DNA of 64,000 bases from Candidatus Zixiibacteriota bacterium (GTDB taxonomy: Bacteria; Zixibacteria; MSB-5A5; GN15; FEB-12), in the NCBI GenBank assembly GCA_034003725.1, contig JAVEYB010000002.1, positions 265,392-329,391 of the forward strand. Reading direction: 5' to 3'. The notes below the pieces were generated by a model. It did no database searches, was not told the origin of the DNA, and was given only the letters and a program-made list of their open reading frames with translations. The position numbers and the translations under genes were made by a program. Within the stretch, counting starts at the first letter, position 1, and the number at the start of each line of letters is the position of its first letter. Positions 38,360 through 51,421 of the stretch are shown piece after piece.

Positions 38360-40162
38360 TTACTCTTCGGGCCGGGGGTCCACTATGCTGACGAGCGTAT
38401 CGCCCGGGCGCGGCGCCAGTTTGCCGTCAAGCGTATACATCTGCAGGACGCCCGAAGATGTAACTATGAACAACGGAATCACAGTGGAGCCGTATATCGA
38501 ACGCAGACGATCCATATTAAACTCGTCGGTGATGGATGTTCGTTTGACCACGGCTCCGCGCTGGAATCGTCCCGACAGAACCGCATAGGTCGCCTCGCTG
38601 GTAAAGAGAAGACGACCGCGCAGGTGGCGAGGCAGCTCGTTGCGCCTGTCTTTTCTGGCAGTACTGCTCGGCGGCAGTTGATAGACTTCGGATCGTCCGA
38701 ACAACTCCACGAAATGCAGGGCGGCAAGCGAATTGACTTCGTCGTTGGACGTCACGGCAATGAGCCGACCTATACCATCAAGCTGGAGTTCGTTGAGGAC
38801 ATCTTCAGCCAGAATACTGCCGTAATGCGCACGCAGGCCCAGATTGCGCGCCGCGGTCACGTTGTTCCAGTTTGAGTCGACCAGGGCCGCCTGAATACCG
38901 AGGTCATTGAGCAATTTGCCCAGTTCGCGTGCCCAGGCGTGCGCCCCCGCGATCAGGACTCCCTGAGGATCGGGCTGCGATATCTTCAGCCGCCGGGCAA
39001 CCGGGCCGGCCGTGATACCATAGACGGCGACCGTGCCGACGATGACTTGAAAGATCAACGGCACCAGCGGCTCGAATTGCGGATGACCGGCATCGCTGAG
39101 GCGCAGCACGAACACTGACGTCACGGCGGCTGCCACGATCCCGCGCGGAGCCATCCAGCCTACAAACAGTTTCTCAGCACGCGACAGCTTCGAACGAAAG
39201 GTCGCCGCCGCCACGGAAACCGGTCGCACGAGAACAATCAGCACCACGACAAATACCCAGTTGGCGAGACTTCCGGGAGCCAGTTCCGCAATCGGCAGCC
39301 GGGCCGACAGGATAACAAACAGTCCCGCTATCAGCAGCACGCGGAGGTTTTCTTTGAACTCAAGGATGTGCTTGACAGAGACGAACCGCTGGTTTGCCAG
39401 TGCGATGCCCATAACGGTCACGGCCAGCAGCCCGGATTCGGTCTGGATGGCGTTGGCAGCTATAAAAACCAGCAGGACCAGTACCAGGGAAATCGGGTTT
39501 TGAAGGAAATCCGGAACCCAATAACGCCGCAGGAGCAGTACCATGATGGCGGCGCCGAACAGTCCGAGTCCGCCCCCGAAAAAGACGGCCTTCAAAACCG
39601 CCGGGATGACAATGCCGATACCTTCGCGAAGACCGCCTTCAAGTATGACCTCGAACACGATAACGGCGATAATGGCTCCGATCGGGTCGTTGACAATACC
39701 TTCCCATTTGACGACCGATCCGATCCGCCCGAGCGGGCGCACCTGACGAAGAAGCGGAATGATGACGGTTGGCCCAGTCACCACCAGGACGGCACCGATA
39801 AGCAGCGACGGGCCCAGCGGCAAGCCCACGATCAAGTGCGCTGCAAAGCTGGACAGTACCCACGTCACCAGGGCGCCGATCGTAATAAGGCTCGTCACCA
39901 CCGCGCCGACCTTGCGAACCTCCTGAAAATGAAGACTGAGCCCACCTTCGAACAGAATGACCGCTACCGACATGGAAACAATCGGGAAAAGTATGTCGCC
40001 GAACAACTCGTCGGGATGCAACAGGCCAAACACAGGTCCGGCGAAAAACCCGGTCAGCAGGAGCAAGAGAATGGCAGGCAGGTGCAGACGCCAGGCCAGC
40101 CACTGGGCCAGAATGCCCAGCACGATTATGCTGCCAAGACCGATGATTATGTGTTCGGACAT
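38360..40162 (-). CDS. Na+/H+ (cation:proton) antiporter, CPA1 family, with C-terminal RCK/TrkA-like domain
   Basis: 600 aa. About 400 aa are polytopic (LPAILLLLLTGFFAGP...), followed by a soluble part VLIAGAHAWARELGKLL... Confidence 0.88.
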   Translation of the reverse strand: MSEHIIIGLGSIIVLGILAQWLAWRLHLPAILLLLLTGFFAGPVFGLLHPDELFGDILFPIVSMSVAVILFEGGLSLHFQEVRKVGAVVTSLITIGALVTWVLSSFAAHLIVGLPLGPSLLIGAVLVVTGPTVIIPLLRQVRPLGRIGSVVKWEGIVNDPIGAIIAVIVFEVILEGGLREGIGIVIPAVLKAVFFGGGLGLFGAAIMVLLLRRYWVPDFLQNPISLVLVLLVFIAANAIQTESGLLAVTVMGIALANQRFVSVKHILEFKENLRVLLIAGLFVILSARLPIAELAPGSLANWVFVVVLIVLVRPVSVAAATFRSKLSRAEKLFVGWMAPRGIVAAAVTSVFVLRLSDAGHPQFEPLVPLIFQVIVGTVAVYGITAGPVARRLKISQPDPQGVLIAGAHAWARELGKLLNDLGIQAALVDSNWNNVTAARNLGLRAHYGSILAEDVLNELQLDGIGRLIAVTSNDEVNSLAALHFVELFGRSEVYQLPPSSTARKDRRNELPRHLRGRLLFTSEATYAVLSGRFQRGAVVKRTSITDEFNMDRLRSIYGSTVIPLFIVTSSGVLQMYTLDGKLAPRPGDTLVSIVDPRPEE

Positions 40163-40306
40163 GGATGCCTGATTCCCACTTGCGGTACGCTTCTACCCTC
40201 AAGGTACAGCGTGAGCGCACTGAAGCAATAAAAACGAGATACCCTTTGAAGATACCGCCCGCTTTCGTATACTGCCTGTAACACGCACGATGCACGGAGA
40301 GGTCGT

Positions 40307-41503
40307 ATGTTTATCCGCTTACGCACACTTCTCATAGCCGGCTTGATGACAGTGCTGTTATCGCTGGCGTGTGGCGATGATGACGAGCCGACCGGGCCCG
40401 ACACCGGCGCCAGCCTTTTCGACTCGATCACCCCAACATCGGGTAAGGTAGGCGATACCGTAACAATATACGGGCGTGACTTCGAGACCACGGCCGGCCC
40501 CCTGTCGCTTCGCATCGGCTACGGCTCTATCGCACCGATCTTCAGCAGCGATTCTCTGCTCAGGTTCCGGGTTCCGGGCGGCGCTACCACGGCGCGGCCG
40601 GTGTTGACACACGGGTCAGCCAATAGCGCGGCGCGTGAAGTATTCACGGTCCGGTGGCAGCACGTCTCCCCCGGACCGTCGACGAGACACATCAACGATA
40701 TCGTCCGCTTCGCGGATTACTTCGTAATTGTCGGCGATGACGGGCTGGCCATGGCCGGTTCGGCCGGGGCCTGGGCCGACAGGAGCCGCGGTACTACGAC
40801 GCACTATGCGGCAGTCGCCTTCGGTGACCGGGTTGTCGCGTCATACGGTGTTTCGCAGGTGCGGACGTTTCAACCGGAGGGTCTTGTCGATACGGTCATA
40901 GACTTCTCGACATCGTCGATCGGCGGTTATCTGCTGGCAGCGTCGGCCGACGCCGCTGTCGCAGTGCCCCGGCAGGGCGGGTTTGTCCTTACGTCGGCCG
41001 ACGGTCTCGCGTGGCAGAAGGTTGACCTCCCCGACACGGTCGCTCCGGCCGTGTTTGTTCACACCGATCGTTTCGTCATTTATTCCGGCGGCCCGGAGAT
41101 CTGGGTCTCGACCGACGGTCTCAATTGGTCCGGCGAATTCTGCAATCTGACCGCGCCGGCTCTTCGCGCGGCCTGTTGGACCGGCCAGCTGTTGATGATC
41201 GTCAAGCCGAGCGCGGTGATGTATTCGTATGACTCGCAGAATTTCTCCGAAGCTACTCCGCGCGATTTCCCGAATGCCGACTTCCTGGGCGTGAGCTGGA
41301 CCGGCGACATCTTTCTCGTCCATACCGACGACGGCCTGATCTGGTCGACCGGCGGTCCGCAGTGGGCCCGGCATGCCGAGTTCCCCGCGGTGCCGACGAC
41401 GGTGCCGAAAATTGCGTGCGACGACCGGGTGTGTATTGCGGCGGGCGGGTTCGGTAACGGCTACATGATCTGGTGGCTGACCACCGGCCAGCCCCAGCCG
41501 TAG
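40307..41503 (+). CDS. lipoprotein with N-terminal IPT/TIG domain and probable beta-propeller
   Basis: Lipobox LLSLAC. The TIG-like part is ITPTSGKVGDTVTIYGRDF...LRFRVPGGATTARPVL. The remainder is repetitive and beta-rich. GGAGAGG SD. Confidence 0.75.
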   Translation: MFIRLRTLLIAGLMTVLLSLACGDDDEPTGPDTGASLFDSITPTSGKVGDTVTIYGRDFETTAGPLSLRIGYGSIAPIFSSDSLLRFRVPGGATTARPVLTHGSANSAAREVFTVRWQHVSPGPSTRHINDIVRFADYFVIVGDDGLAMAGSAGAWADRSRGTTTHYAAVAFGDRVVASYGVSQVRTFQPEGLVDTVIDFSTSSIGGYLLAASADAAVAVPRQGGFVLTSADGLAWQKVDLPDTVAPAVFVHTDRFVIYSGGPEIWVSTDGLNWSGEFCNLTAPALRAACWTGQLLMIVKPSAVMYSYDSQNFSEATPRDFPNADFLGVSWTGDIFLVHTDDGLIWSTGGPQWARHAEFPAVPTTVPKIACDDRVCIAAGGFGNGYMIWWLTTGQPQP

Positions 41504-41522
41504 GCCCGGAGTGGATTCGATG

Positions 41523-41557
41523 AAAAAGCCCCGACTCGTGAGAGATCGGGGCTTTCT
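41523..41557. terminator. bidirectional rho-independent terminator between the TIG lipoprotein gene and the rRNA operon
   Basis: Stem AGCCCCGA/TCGGGGCT (41527..41534 and 41546..41553) with an 11-nt loop, flanked by AAAAA on the 5' side and TTTCT on the 3' side. Confidence 0.55.
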
Positions 41558-41564
41558 ATTTAAA

Positions 41565-41680
41565 CCCGGCAGCGTTCTACTCTCCCACACAGTCTCCCAT
41601 GCAGTACCATCGACGTAAACGGGCTTAACTGCTGTGTTCGGAATGGGAACAGGTGTTTCCCCGTCACTATCGCTACCGGA
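41565..41680 (-). rRNA. rrf: 5S rRNA
   Basis: The reverse complement reads CCGGTAGCGATAGTGACGGGGAAACACCTGTTCCCATTCCGAACACAGCAGTTAAGCCCGTTTACGTCGATGGTACTGCATGGGAGACTGTGTGGGAGAGTAGAACGCTGCCGGG, which carries canonical 5S motifs. Ends are accurate to a few nt. Confidence 0.9.
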
Positions 41681-41789
41681 ATATCTATCATAGTTTCTGC
41701 TGCGATGCGGTTTGGCATGCATCGCCCAACAGGCGCGCAGATCGCGCGGTTCTACGGCTTACTCTTAGAAGAGCGTTGATCGTAATTTA

Positions 41790-44803
<3,014 letters not shown>

Positions 44804-44894
44804 GATAACTCACCTAAGAGCATACCTATAGATGCAACGAATCTGCGCAGCCTGTTGGAAGATGCGCAAACCGTTTATTACAGCAGAAACTATG

Positions 44895-44909
44895 TAGTTG
44901 TCAAAGAAC
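44895..44909 (-). promoter_or_regulatory. boxA-like antitermination element in the spacer upstream of 23S
   Basis: The minus strand reads GTTCTTTGACAACTA. This is identical to the 15-mer in the 16S leader (46988..47002) and similar to E. coli rrn boxA TGCTCTTTAACAA. Confidence 0.5.
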
Positions 44910-44965
44910 CGTTGCCCGCCACCGGCGGGCTCTATCACACGCGAACTTGCGTTCGATAGCTGTCA

Positions 44966-45038
44966 TGGAGATGACCGGGATCGAACCGGTGACCTGTGGC
45001 TTGCAAAGCCACCGCTCTCCCAACTGAGCTACATCCCC
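44966..45038 (-). tRNA. tRNA-Ala (anticodon TGC)
   Basis: The reverse complement is GGGGATGTAGCTCAGTTGGGAGAGCGGTGGCTTTGCAAGCCACAGGTCACCGGTTCGATCCCGGTCATCTCCA. The G3-U70 identity pair is present. It lies in the 16S-23S spacer. Confidence 0.95.
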
Positions 45039-45052
45039 GAAATTCTCAGATA

Positions 45053-45129
45053 TGGTGGGCCTAAATGGAGTTGAACCATTGACCTCGCGCTTATCAGGCG
45101 CGCGCTCTAACCAACTGAGCTATAGGCCC
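45053..45129 (-). tRNA. tRNA-Ile (anticodon GAT), CCA encoded
   Basis: The reverse complement is GGGCCTATAGCTCAGTTGGTTAGAGCGCGCGCCTGATAAGCGCGAGGTCAATGGTTCAACTCCATTTAGGCCCACCA. Confidence 0.95.
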
Positions 45130-45286
45130 TTCCACGTAGGCCACCGCCTTACGGCAGTAACGTCATTTATATCTAAACAGCCAGCTAAAGAGCGGGCGAC
45201 ACGAAATCGCCCAAGATGCATGTCTCGAGGCTCGACCTGGATGCGATACCGGTCCGTGAGACCGGCGTGCACACCGTACTCCTTAG

Positions 45287-46838
<1,552 letters not shown>

Positions 46839-46987
46839 TATTTCGAATCGTTTGAAGTCGACTCTATCAATACGAACGTGTCGTTTTTGTTGAACACATT
46901 CACTCGGAATACACAAAATCAAAGGATTTTGCGAAAGACCTCGCCACATGCGAGCGGTCGCATGTGCCCGTCTTTAGCATGGCTATT

Positions 46988-47002
46988 TAGTTGTCAAAGA
47001 AC
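46988..47002 (-). promoter_or_regulatory. boxA-like antitermination element in the 16S leader
   Basis: The minus strand reads GTTCTTTGACAACTA, the same 15-mer as at 44895..44909. Confidence 0.5.
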
Positions 47003-47051
47003 TTGTTCGGTCGAAAAAAAACCTGCGCGACATTTCTGTCGGCAGATGCCC

Positions 47052-47080
47052 AGTATACCGGGGCTCGGTCGGTCTGTCAA
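47052..47080 (-). promoter_or_regulatory. candidate rrn promoter P2
   Basis: Minus strand: TTGACA (47080..47075), a 17-nt spacer, then TATACT (47057..47052). An A/T-rich UP-like tract (AAAAAGTCGAAAAAAAGG) lies immediately upstream. Confidence 0.5.
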
Positions 47081-47212
47081 GACCTTTTTTTCGACTTTTT
47101 AATCCGGTGTGATCCGGTGCGACCCTTCCGGGCCGCCTGCCGGCTCAACTAAAACAACCGTCGATATGGCGTTGTTCCCGTATTCGATGGCCGTCTTTTG
47201 AATCGGCCGACA

Positions 47213-47241
47213 AGACTAATACTTTAGCCGAACCTTGTCAA
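47213..47241 (-). promoter_or_regulatory. candidate rrn promoter P1
   Basis: Minus strand: TTGACA (47241..47236), a 17-nt spacer, then TAGTCT (47218..47213). An A/T-rich tract (ACAAAAATTTAACGAAAGG) lies upstream. Confidence 0.4.
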
Positions 47242-47620
47242 GCCCTTTCGTTAAATTTTTGTAAACCGCGGTCTGCAAGTTCATTAGTCCCGATACCCCG
47301 CCCCCTGAAAAACCGCAACCCGCAGCCCATTTCGGGCAACGCCAAGCCGTCTCATATCCTCAAAAAAACTGGCTTTTCGCGCCCCGCCCGGAACCTCGTG
47401 ATCGACCGCGACTCATTGGTGTCCGTTCGCGGCCCCGGATTGCCGGCACCGCCGTCCGACAATAATTGACACGATTATGGGCTCCCGCCCCGAACCGATA
47501 TGGGTCGCCCCGGTCAGCGGGGTCGAGCGATCGGAGTTTTTTGATTTTTGTCAAGTCGTTCCCGCAGAATCCTCCATATATTGGGCGGTAGTAGTTTCAA
47601 CCTCTGAGGGTGTATTGAGT

Positions 47621-47956
47621 ATGCTGGCAGTATCTGACAAGGCCTGTGAAGAGCTTCACAAGTTCTTCGAATCCGACCGTGGCAAAGACAACCACCTGAT
47701 CATCTTCTTCCAGGGCATGGCCTGTTCCGGACCATCGCTGGGCCTGACAGTCGACACCAAAGTCGACGAACTGGAGCGGATCGAAGCGAACGGAATCGAA
47801 GCGTATATCGACCCGAAACTTCGCGAGTTTCTGTCGCAGTTCAAGGGGATCCGAATCGACTACATCACGATGGACGACCGGTCGGGGTTTACGATCAAAG
47901 TTGAGGGCGCCGGCGGCTGCGCCAGCTGCGGCGACAAAAGCGAGCACTGCGGGTAG
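47621..47956 (+). CDS. HesB/IscA-like (A-type Fe-S carrier fold) protein, Cys form
   Basis: 111 aa from ATG 47621; the ORF opens at 47477. Sequence: MLAVSDKACEELHKFFESDRGKDNHLIIFFQGMACSGPSLGLTVDTKVDELERIEANGIEAYIDPKLREFLSQFKGIRIDYITMDDRSGFTIKVEGAGGCASCGDKSEHCG. It has the IscA-like layout, with Cys35 and a C-terminal Cys cluster. Confidence 0.82.
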   Translation: MLAVSDKACEELHKFFESDRGKDNHLIIFFQGMACSGPSLGLTVDTKVDELERIEANGIEAYIDPKLREFLSQFKGIRIDYITMDDRSGFTIKVEGAGGCASCGDKSEHCG

Positions 47957-48144
47957 GTATTTCCGCATCGCACGCAATAACAACAGACTTTCCGCGTGAC
48001 ACTCGGCGGTAGAAGGCATTAGCTTACAAGAGCGAGCGGTGATTCACCGCACGATGATTGAAATGCGGGGGAGGCATCCAGCCTCAGCATCATTGTCCAT
48101 CTTCCCCATCAGACAAACAATAATCAGTTCAGGGGAGGTACCTG

Positions 48145-50334
48145 ATGTTGGAAAAACCCGTTCAGTGGCGGCTTGCTTTCTTGCTTTGCGGCCTGATCTC
48201 TTGCCTGTCCTCAGCCAGCCTTACTGCGGCGGCAGAAGACACAACTATGAGCCGGCTGGAGTATTTGGCCACGTACGGATTCAATGCGGATTCGACCCAG
48301 AAATACCCGCTGTACATCCCAGGCGATTCTACCACGTATCTCGGCCCACGACAGACACTCTTTAGCAGACAGCACATAATCAACCAGTGGGTCGATTGCA
48401 GCCCTTCCCAAATGCCGACTTTGGTGTACTACTTCTATGCAGATTATGGTTACATAGATGTCAAGGTCGAGCCAATGGATTACAGCGTCAATTGGGATTT
48501 CTACGTGAGAACCAACGGGCTTTACCCCGAATCCGGCTCAATAGTGCTCCGAGGAGATGCTCACTCCTACGGAGAAGCAGAGGAAGGGTACTTCCACAAC
48601 GATTCCAAAGACAAGTTCGTTCTGATAATGGGACCTTCGGCTATTGACCAATGCGAGGGATTCGGTTGGGTGCAGGGAGTGACCATTACGCTCACGTACA
48701 CGCCCTACGAGTGGGATCTCCAGCTTACAAACGTGACGACCAGCACAGTATACCCCCAGAACTCAGCAACCATTACTGTGAACTGGCGAAACAATAATCC
48801 GGATAGCTTGTATGCAAGATCCAAGTTCGAGTATGGGTTCGACGTTGACCTCAAGTGGACGCCACACACGTGCTATTCGTCAGTCGATAGATCTAATCGT
48901 GTCTGGGATGATATTGCTCCATACGAAACAGTCTCGGAAACGTTCACAATCAATGGTCCTCAATCAGGGGCTATGAACGTGTTCGCCGTCATTGACGACT
49001 CGCAGGAACTACCACATTCTCCCTCGGGCGGTCCGTGGAACAACTGCTCTTCCCCTTTGCAGCTGCTTTGGTCAGTGCATCTAGAAGGTCAGTTATCATT
49101 ACTTGATCCACTGACTGCCACCTACCAGAACCTCGCTGGGTTTCAGTTTGAGTTCGTGCGCCCCGGCTGGACAACCACGGTCCTCGCCCAGGTCACCACA
49201 GATGCCAATGGACACTACACGGCTGAAATAGCCTCAGGAAACTTCGATATATATGCTCGAATCTCTTCAGAACAACCACCGCCGTACTTGCCTGTCAAGA
49301 ACTATGGCACGAGCGGGTACTTCCGCAGATCGTTCAACACCAACACCACTGCAACCGCAGCACAACATACAATCACCCTCCTTATTGATAGCTCAACTTT
49401 CGTCAGCCCTGACGCACTCTATCCTGCCTTGCGTATCACTCGCGACCTCTTCACTACCGACTCCCTGTTGTCTCAGGTTGAACCGTTCAGTTTGGCGGGC
49501 TGGGATTTCCGAAGTCTCGTTGATGTTTACATGGATACATCCGGGACCGCCACCCTCAGTGGTTGGGGGTTGGCTGGCCTCAATCCAGTGATCGTAATGC
49601 CTGCGTCGGAGTATGTTAATCAGATCGCCTGCCATGAGCTTGGGCATCAAGCCATGTATATGCTACAAAACAACGTGGTGCGGCCTCCGGCGCCCAGTTC
49701 TTCGCCGCACTGGCGGAATTCGGTCACCGATACGGTTTTCGCATTCGATGAGGGGTTCTCGGAGTTCGTCCATGGGATATCCACCAAGGACGAATTGCTC
49801 CGATCAACTACGGGGCTGACCGGCCCTCATCATCTGGAAACGAACCAGTACTGGCAGGGGACGGACTCAAATGTTGCGACGACGTACGAGGCGGATAGCG
49901 TCGAAGGTTGCGTGGCAAGTATACTGTACGACTTATATGACAACCGGACCACGCCTGCTTCGCGAACAATCGCCGAAGATGACCTTGTGCGCAGTCCGCA
50001 GTATATGCTCGAAGTCATCATGAAGAGCATCTTCAACTACCGCACTGGCGGTCAACAGACGCGGGCGCTGCGCACGTTCCTGGACAGAATGCTTCACGAC
50101 CCGGCCAATCCGTGGTTCACCGATTCGCTGGTGTTCGATCCAATGCGCACTGAGATATGCAATATCTTTCGAGACAATCACCTGACGACAGACTCCGATT
50201 TCTGCCAGGCATCAAGTATAGTATACGACATCGATACCAGCGCCACATACAACAGTCGCGCGGACCGGACAACCGAATTCTCGTCACAGCCGAGCGAGCC
50301 GACTGAAACCATGAAGAACGATGGTGACCTATGA
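48145..50334 (+). CDS. secreted multidomain HEXXH zinc-metalloprotease-like protein
   Basis: GGGGAGG SD and signal peptide MLEKPVQWRLAFLLCGLISCLSSASLTAAA. It has PPC-like, CARDB-like and carboxypeptidase-regulatory-like beta domains. The HELGH motif is at codons 497-501 (49633..49647), with a downstream FDEGFSEF as a candidate third-ligand Glu. Confidence 0.83.
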   Translation: MLEKPVQWRLAFLLCGLISCLSSASLTAAAEDTTMSRLEYLATYGFNADSTQKYPLYIPGDSTTYLGPRQTLFSRQHIINQWVDCSPSQMPTLVYYFYADYGYIDVKVEPMDYSVNWDFYVRTNGLYPESGSIVLRGDAHSYGEAEEGYFHNDSKDKFVLIMGPSAIDQCEGFGWVQGVTITLTYTPYEWDLQLTNVTTSTVYPQNSATITVNWRNNNPDSLYARSKFEYGFDVDLKWTPHTCYSSVDRSNRVWDDIAPYETVSETFTINGPQSGAMNVFAVIDDSQELPHSPSGGPWNNCSSPLQLLWSVHLEGQLSLLDPLTATYQNLAGFQFEFVRPGWTTTVLAQVTTDANGHYTAEIASGNFDIYARISSEQPPPYLPVKNYGTSGYFRRSFNTNTTATAAQHTITLLIDSSTFVSPDALYPALRITRDLFTTDSLLSQVEPFSLAGWDFRSLVDVYMDTSGTATLSGWGLAGLNPVIVMPASEYVNQIACHELGHQAMYMLQNNVVRPPAPSSSPHWRNSVTDTVFAFDEGFSEFVHGISTKDELLRSTTGLTGPHHLETNQYWQGTDSNVATTYEADSVEGCVASILYDLYDNRTTPASRTIAEDDLVRSPQYMLEVIMKSIFNYRTGGQQTRALRTFLDRMLHDPANPWFTDSLVFDPMRTEICNIFRDNHLTTDSDFCQASSIVYDIDTSATYNSRADRTTEFSSQPSEPTETMKNDGDL

Positions 50335-51401
50335 AATACTTCCTTATTACCATAACCGGCCTGGCGCTACTGACATTCTCAGCATCGCAGGCGCAGATCA
50401 ACCAGACCATAGAATTCCACACCTTCGACCAGATTGGTTTGAGATACGCCCCTCGGATAATCTCCGGCACGGTCTATTTTGAGAGTCTGCCGGAACCGCT
50501 GAAGAAGACGAGAGTTCGATTCGAAATCTACTTCAACTCCGTGGCCAACTACATTGGCGATAACCCCCTCGAACGTGACACCCTGGTGCACATTGCCTTC
50601 GAAGAATACCGGGTGGAAGTCTCAGATACGCTCTTTGTCTGGCCGGCACCAATTTACACCAACGAACCATTTAAAGGTGAGTTCGAAATAACACCGCTAA
50701 TGGCAGGAAACAGCTCCTTCGCCATTCACCTGATCGATCAACGGTTCGGGGCGCTTGGGGTTAGCTGGACCTTTGACGTTGACGGCAACCTTCTCTACCT
50801 GGGTAATCCAGCCGATACCACTCAAAAAGGAACCCGAGCTTACAAAGGCATCAACTACCCTGCCATCTTCTTTGAGGGTGACAGTATCGCTTTTGAACCA
50901 TACCCCGCATCAAATGCTCCGCCCTATGATGCATTGCGTTTCGCGTGCGTTATTACACCTGTCCCCCGAATTGGAGACACCTCGTACATCTCCTGCCGTG
51001 TCAACGCAATCAAGAGCATCGCTGATTCGGTCAGGATTGAACTTCGGAGGCGAGGCATTAGCGTACTTGGTGAACCTACAACGGCGGTGAAGTCGCTCAC
51101 AAGAGGTGAGGAGGAAGAATTTCGCACTGGGTTCGTCCCTTTGGCCGTGAACGGACCTCAGTACTTGTCATTCACTTTCAGGACAGTCGAGACCGAGCAG
51201 CAGCAAGTTATACCGCTCGACTTCGTCTTCAACAACGACAGCACTCTGCGATTCATCGGGAATCTCTTCAACTACGGCGATCATCCCCCCGATTCATATC
51301 TCCCGACTGCCTTCCAGAGTATGGAGGTCTATGAAGCGGCCCGCAAGGAAGAGAAGCGAAAAGTTGACTCTATCAAGAACGCCGGCGCCAAGCGGTTCTA
51401 A
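50331..51401 (+). CDS. secreted hypothetical protein (orphan) between the two peptidase-like genes
   Basis: 356 aa with signal peptide MKYFLITITGLALLTFSASQAQ. A 4-nt ATGA overlap with the upstream gene suggests translational coupling. It has a Lys/Glu-rich C-terminal tail and no recognised family motif. Confidence 0.78.
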   Translation: MKYFLITITGLALLTFSASQAQINQTIEFHTFDQIGLRYAPRIISGTVYFESLPEPLKKTRVRFEIYFNSVANYIGDNPLERDTLVHIAFEEYRVEVSDTLFVWPAPIYTNEPFKGEFEITPLMAGNSSFAIHLIDQRFGALGVSWTFDVDGNLLYLGNPADTTQKGTRAYKGINYPAIFFEGDSIAFEPYPASNAPPYDALRFACVITPVPRIGDTSYISCRVNAIKSIADSVRIELRRRGISVLGEPTTAVKSLTRGEEEEFRTGFVPLAVNGPQYLSFTFRTVETEQQQVIPLDFVFNNDSTLRFIGNLFNYGDHPPDSYLPTAFQSMEVYEAARKEEKRKVDSIKNAGAKRF

Positions 51402-51421
51402 CGGAATAGAGGGAGGACAAG

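Noticed and set aside
39368-40295. ORFs of 287 aa (+) and 218 aa (-) overlapping the antiporter gene.
   Set aside because: They are shadow or off-frame ORFs of the CPA1 antiporter.
40841-41722. 293-aa minus-strand ORF.
   Set aside because: It is antisense to the TIG-domain lipoprotein gene and runs through the terminator into the 5S rRNA.
46992-46997. TTGACA hexamer initially taken as a -35 box of an rrn promoter.
   Set aside because: No acceptable -10 element lies at 16-18 nt. The hexamer is part of a 15-mer repeated verbatim upstream of 23S, so it is better explained as boxA.
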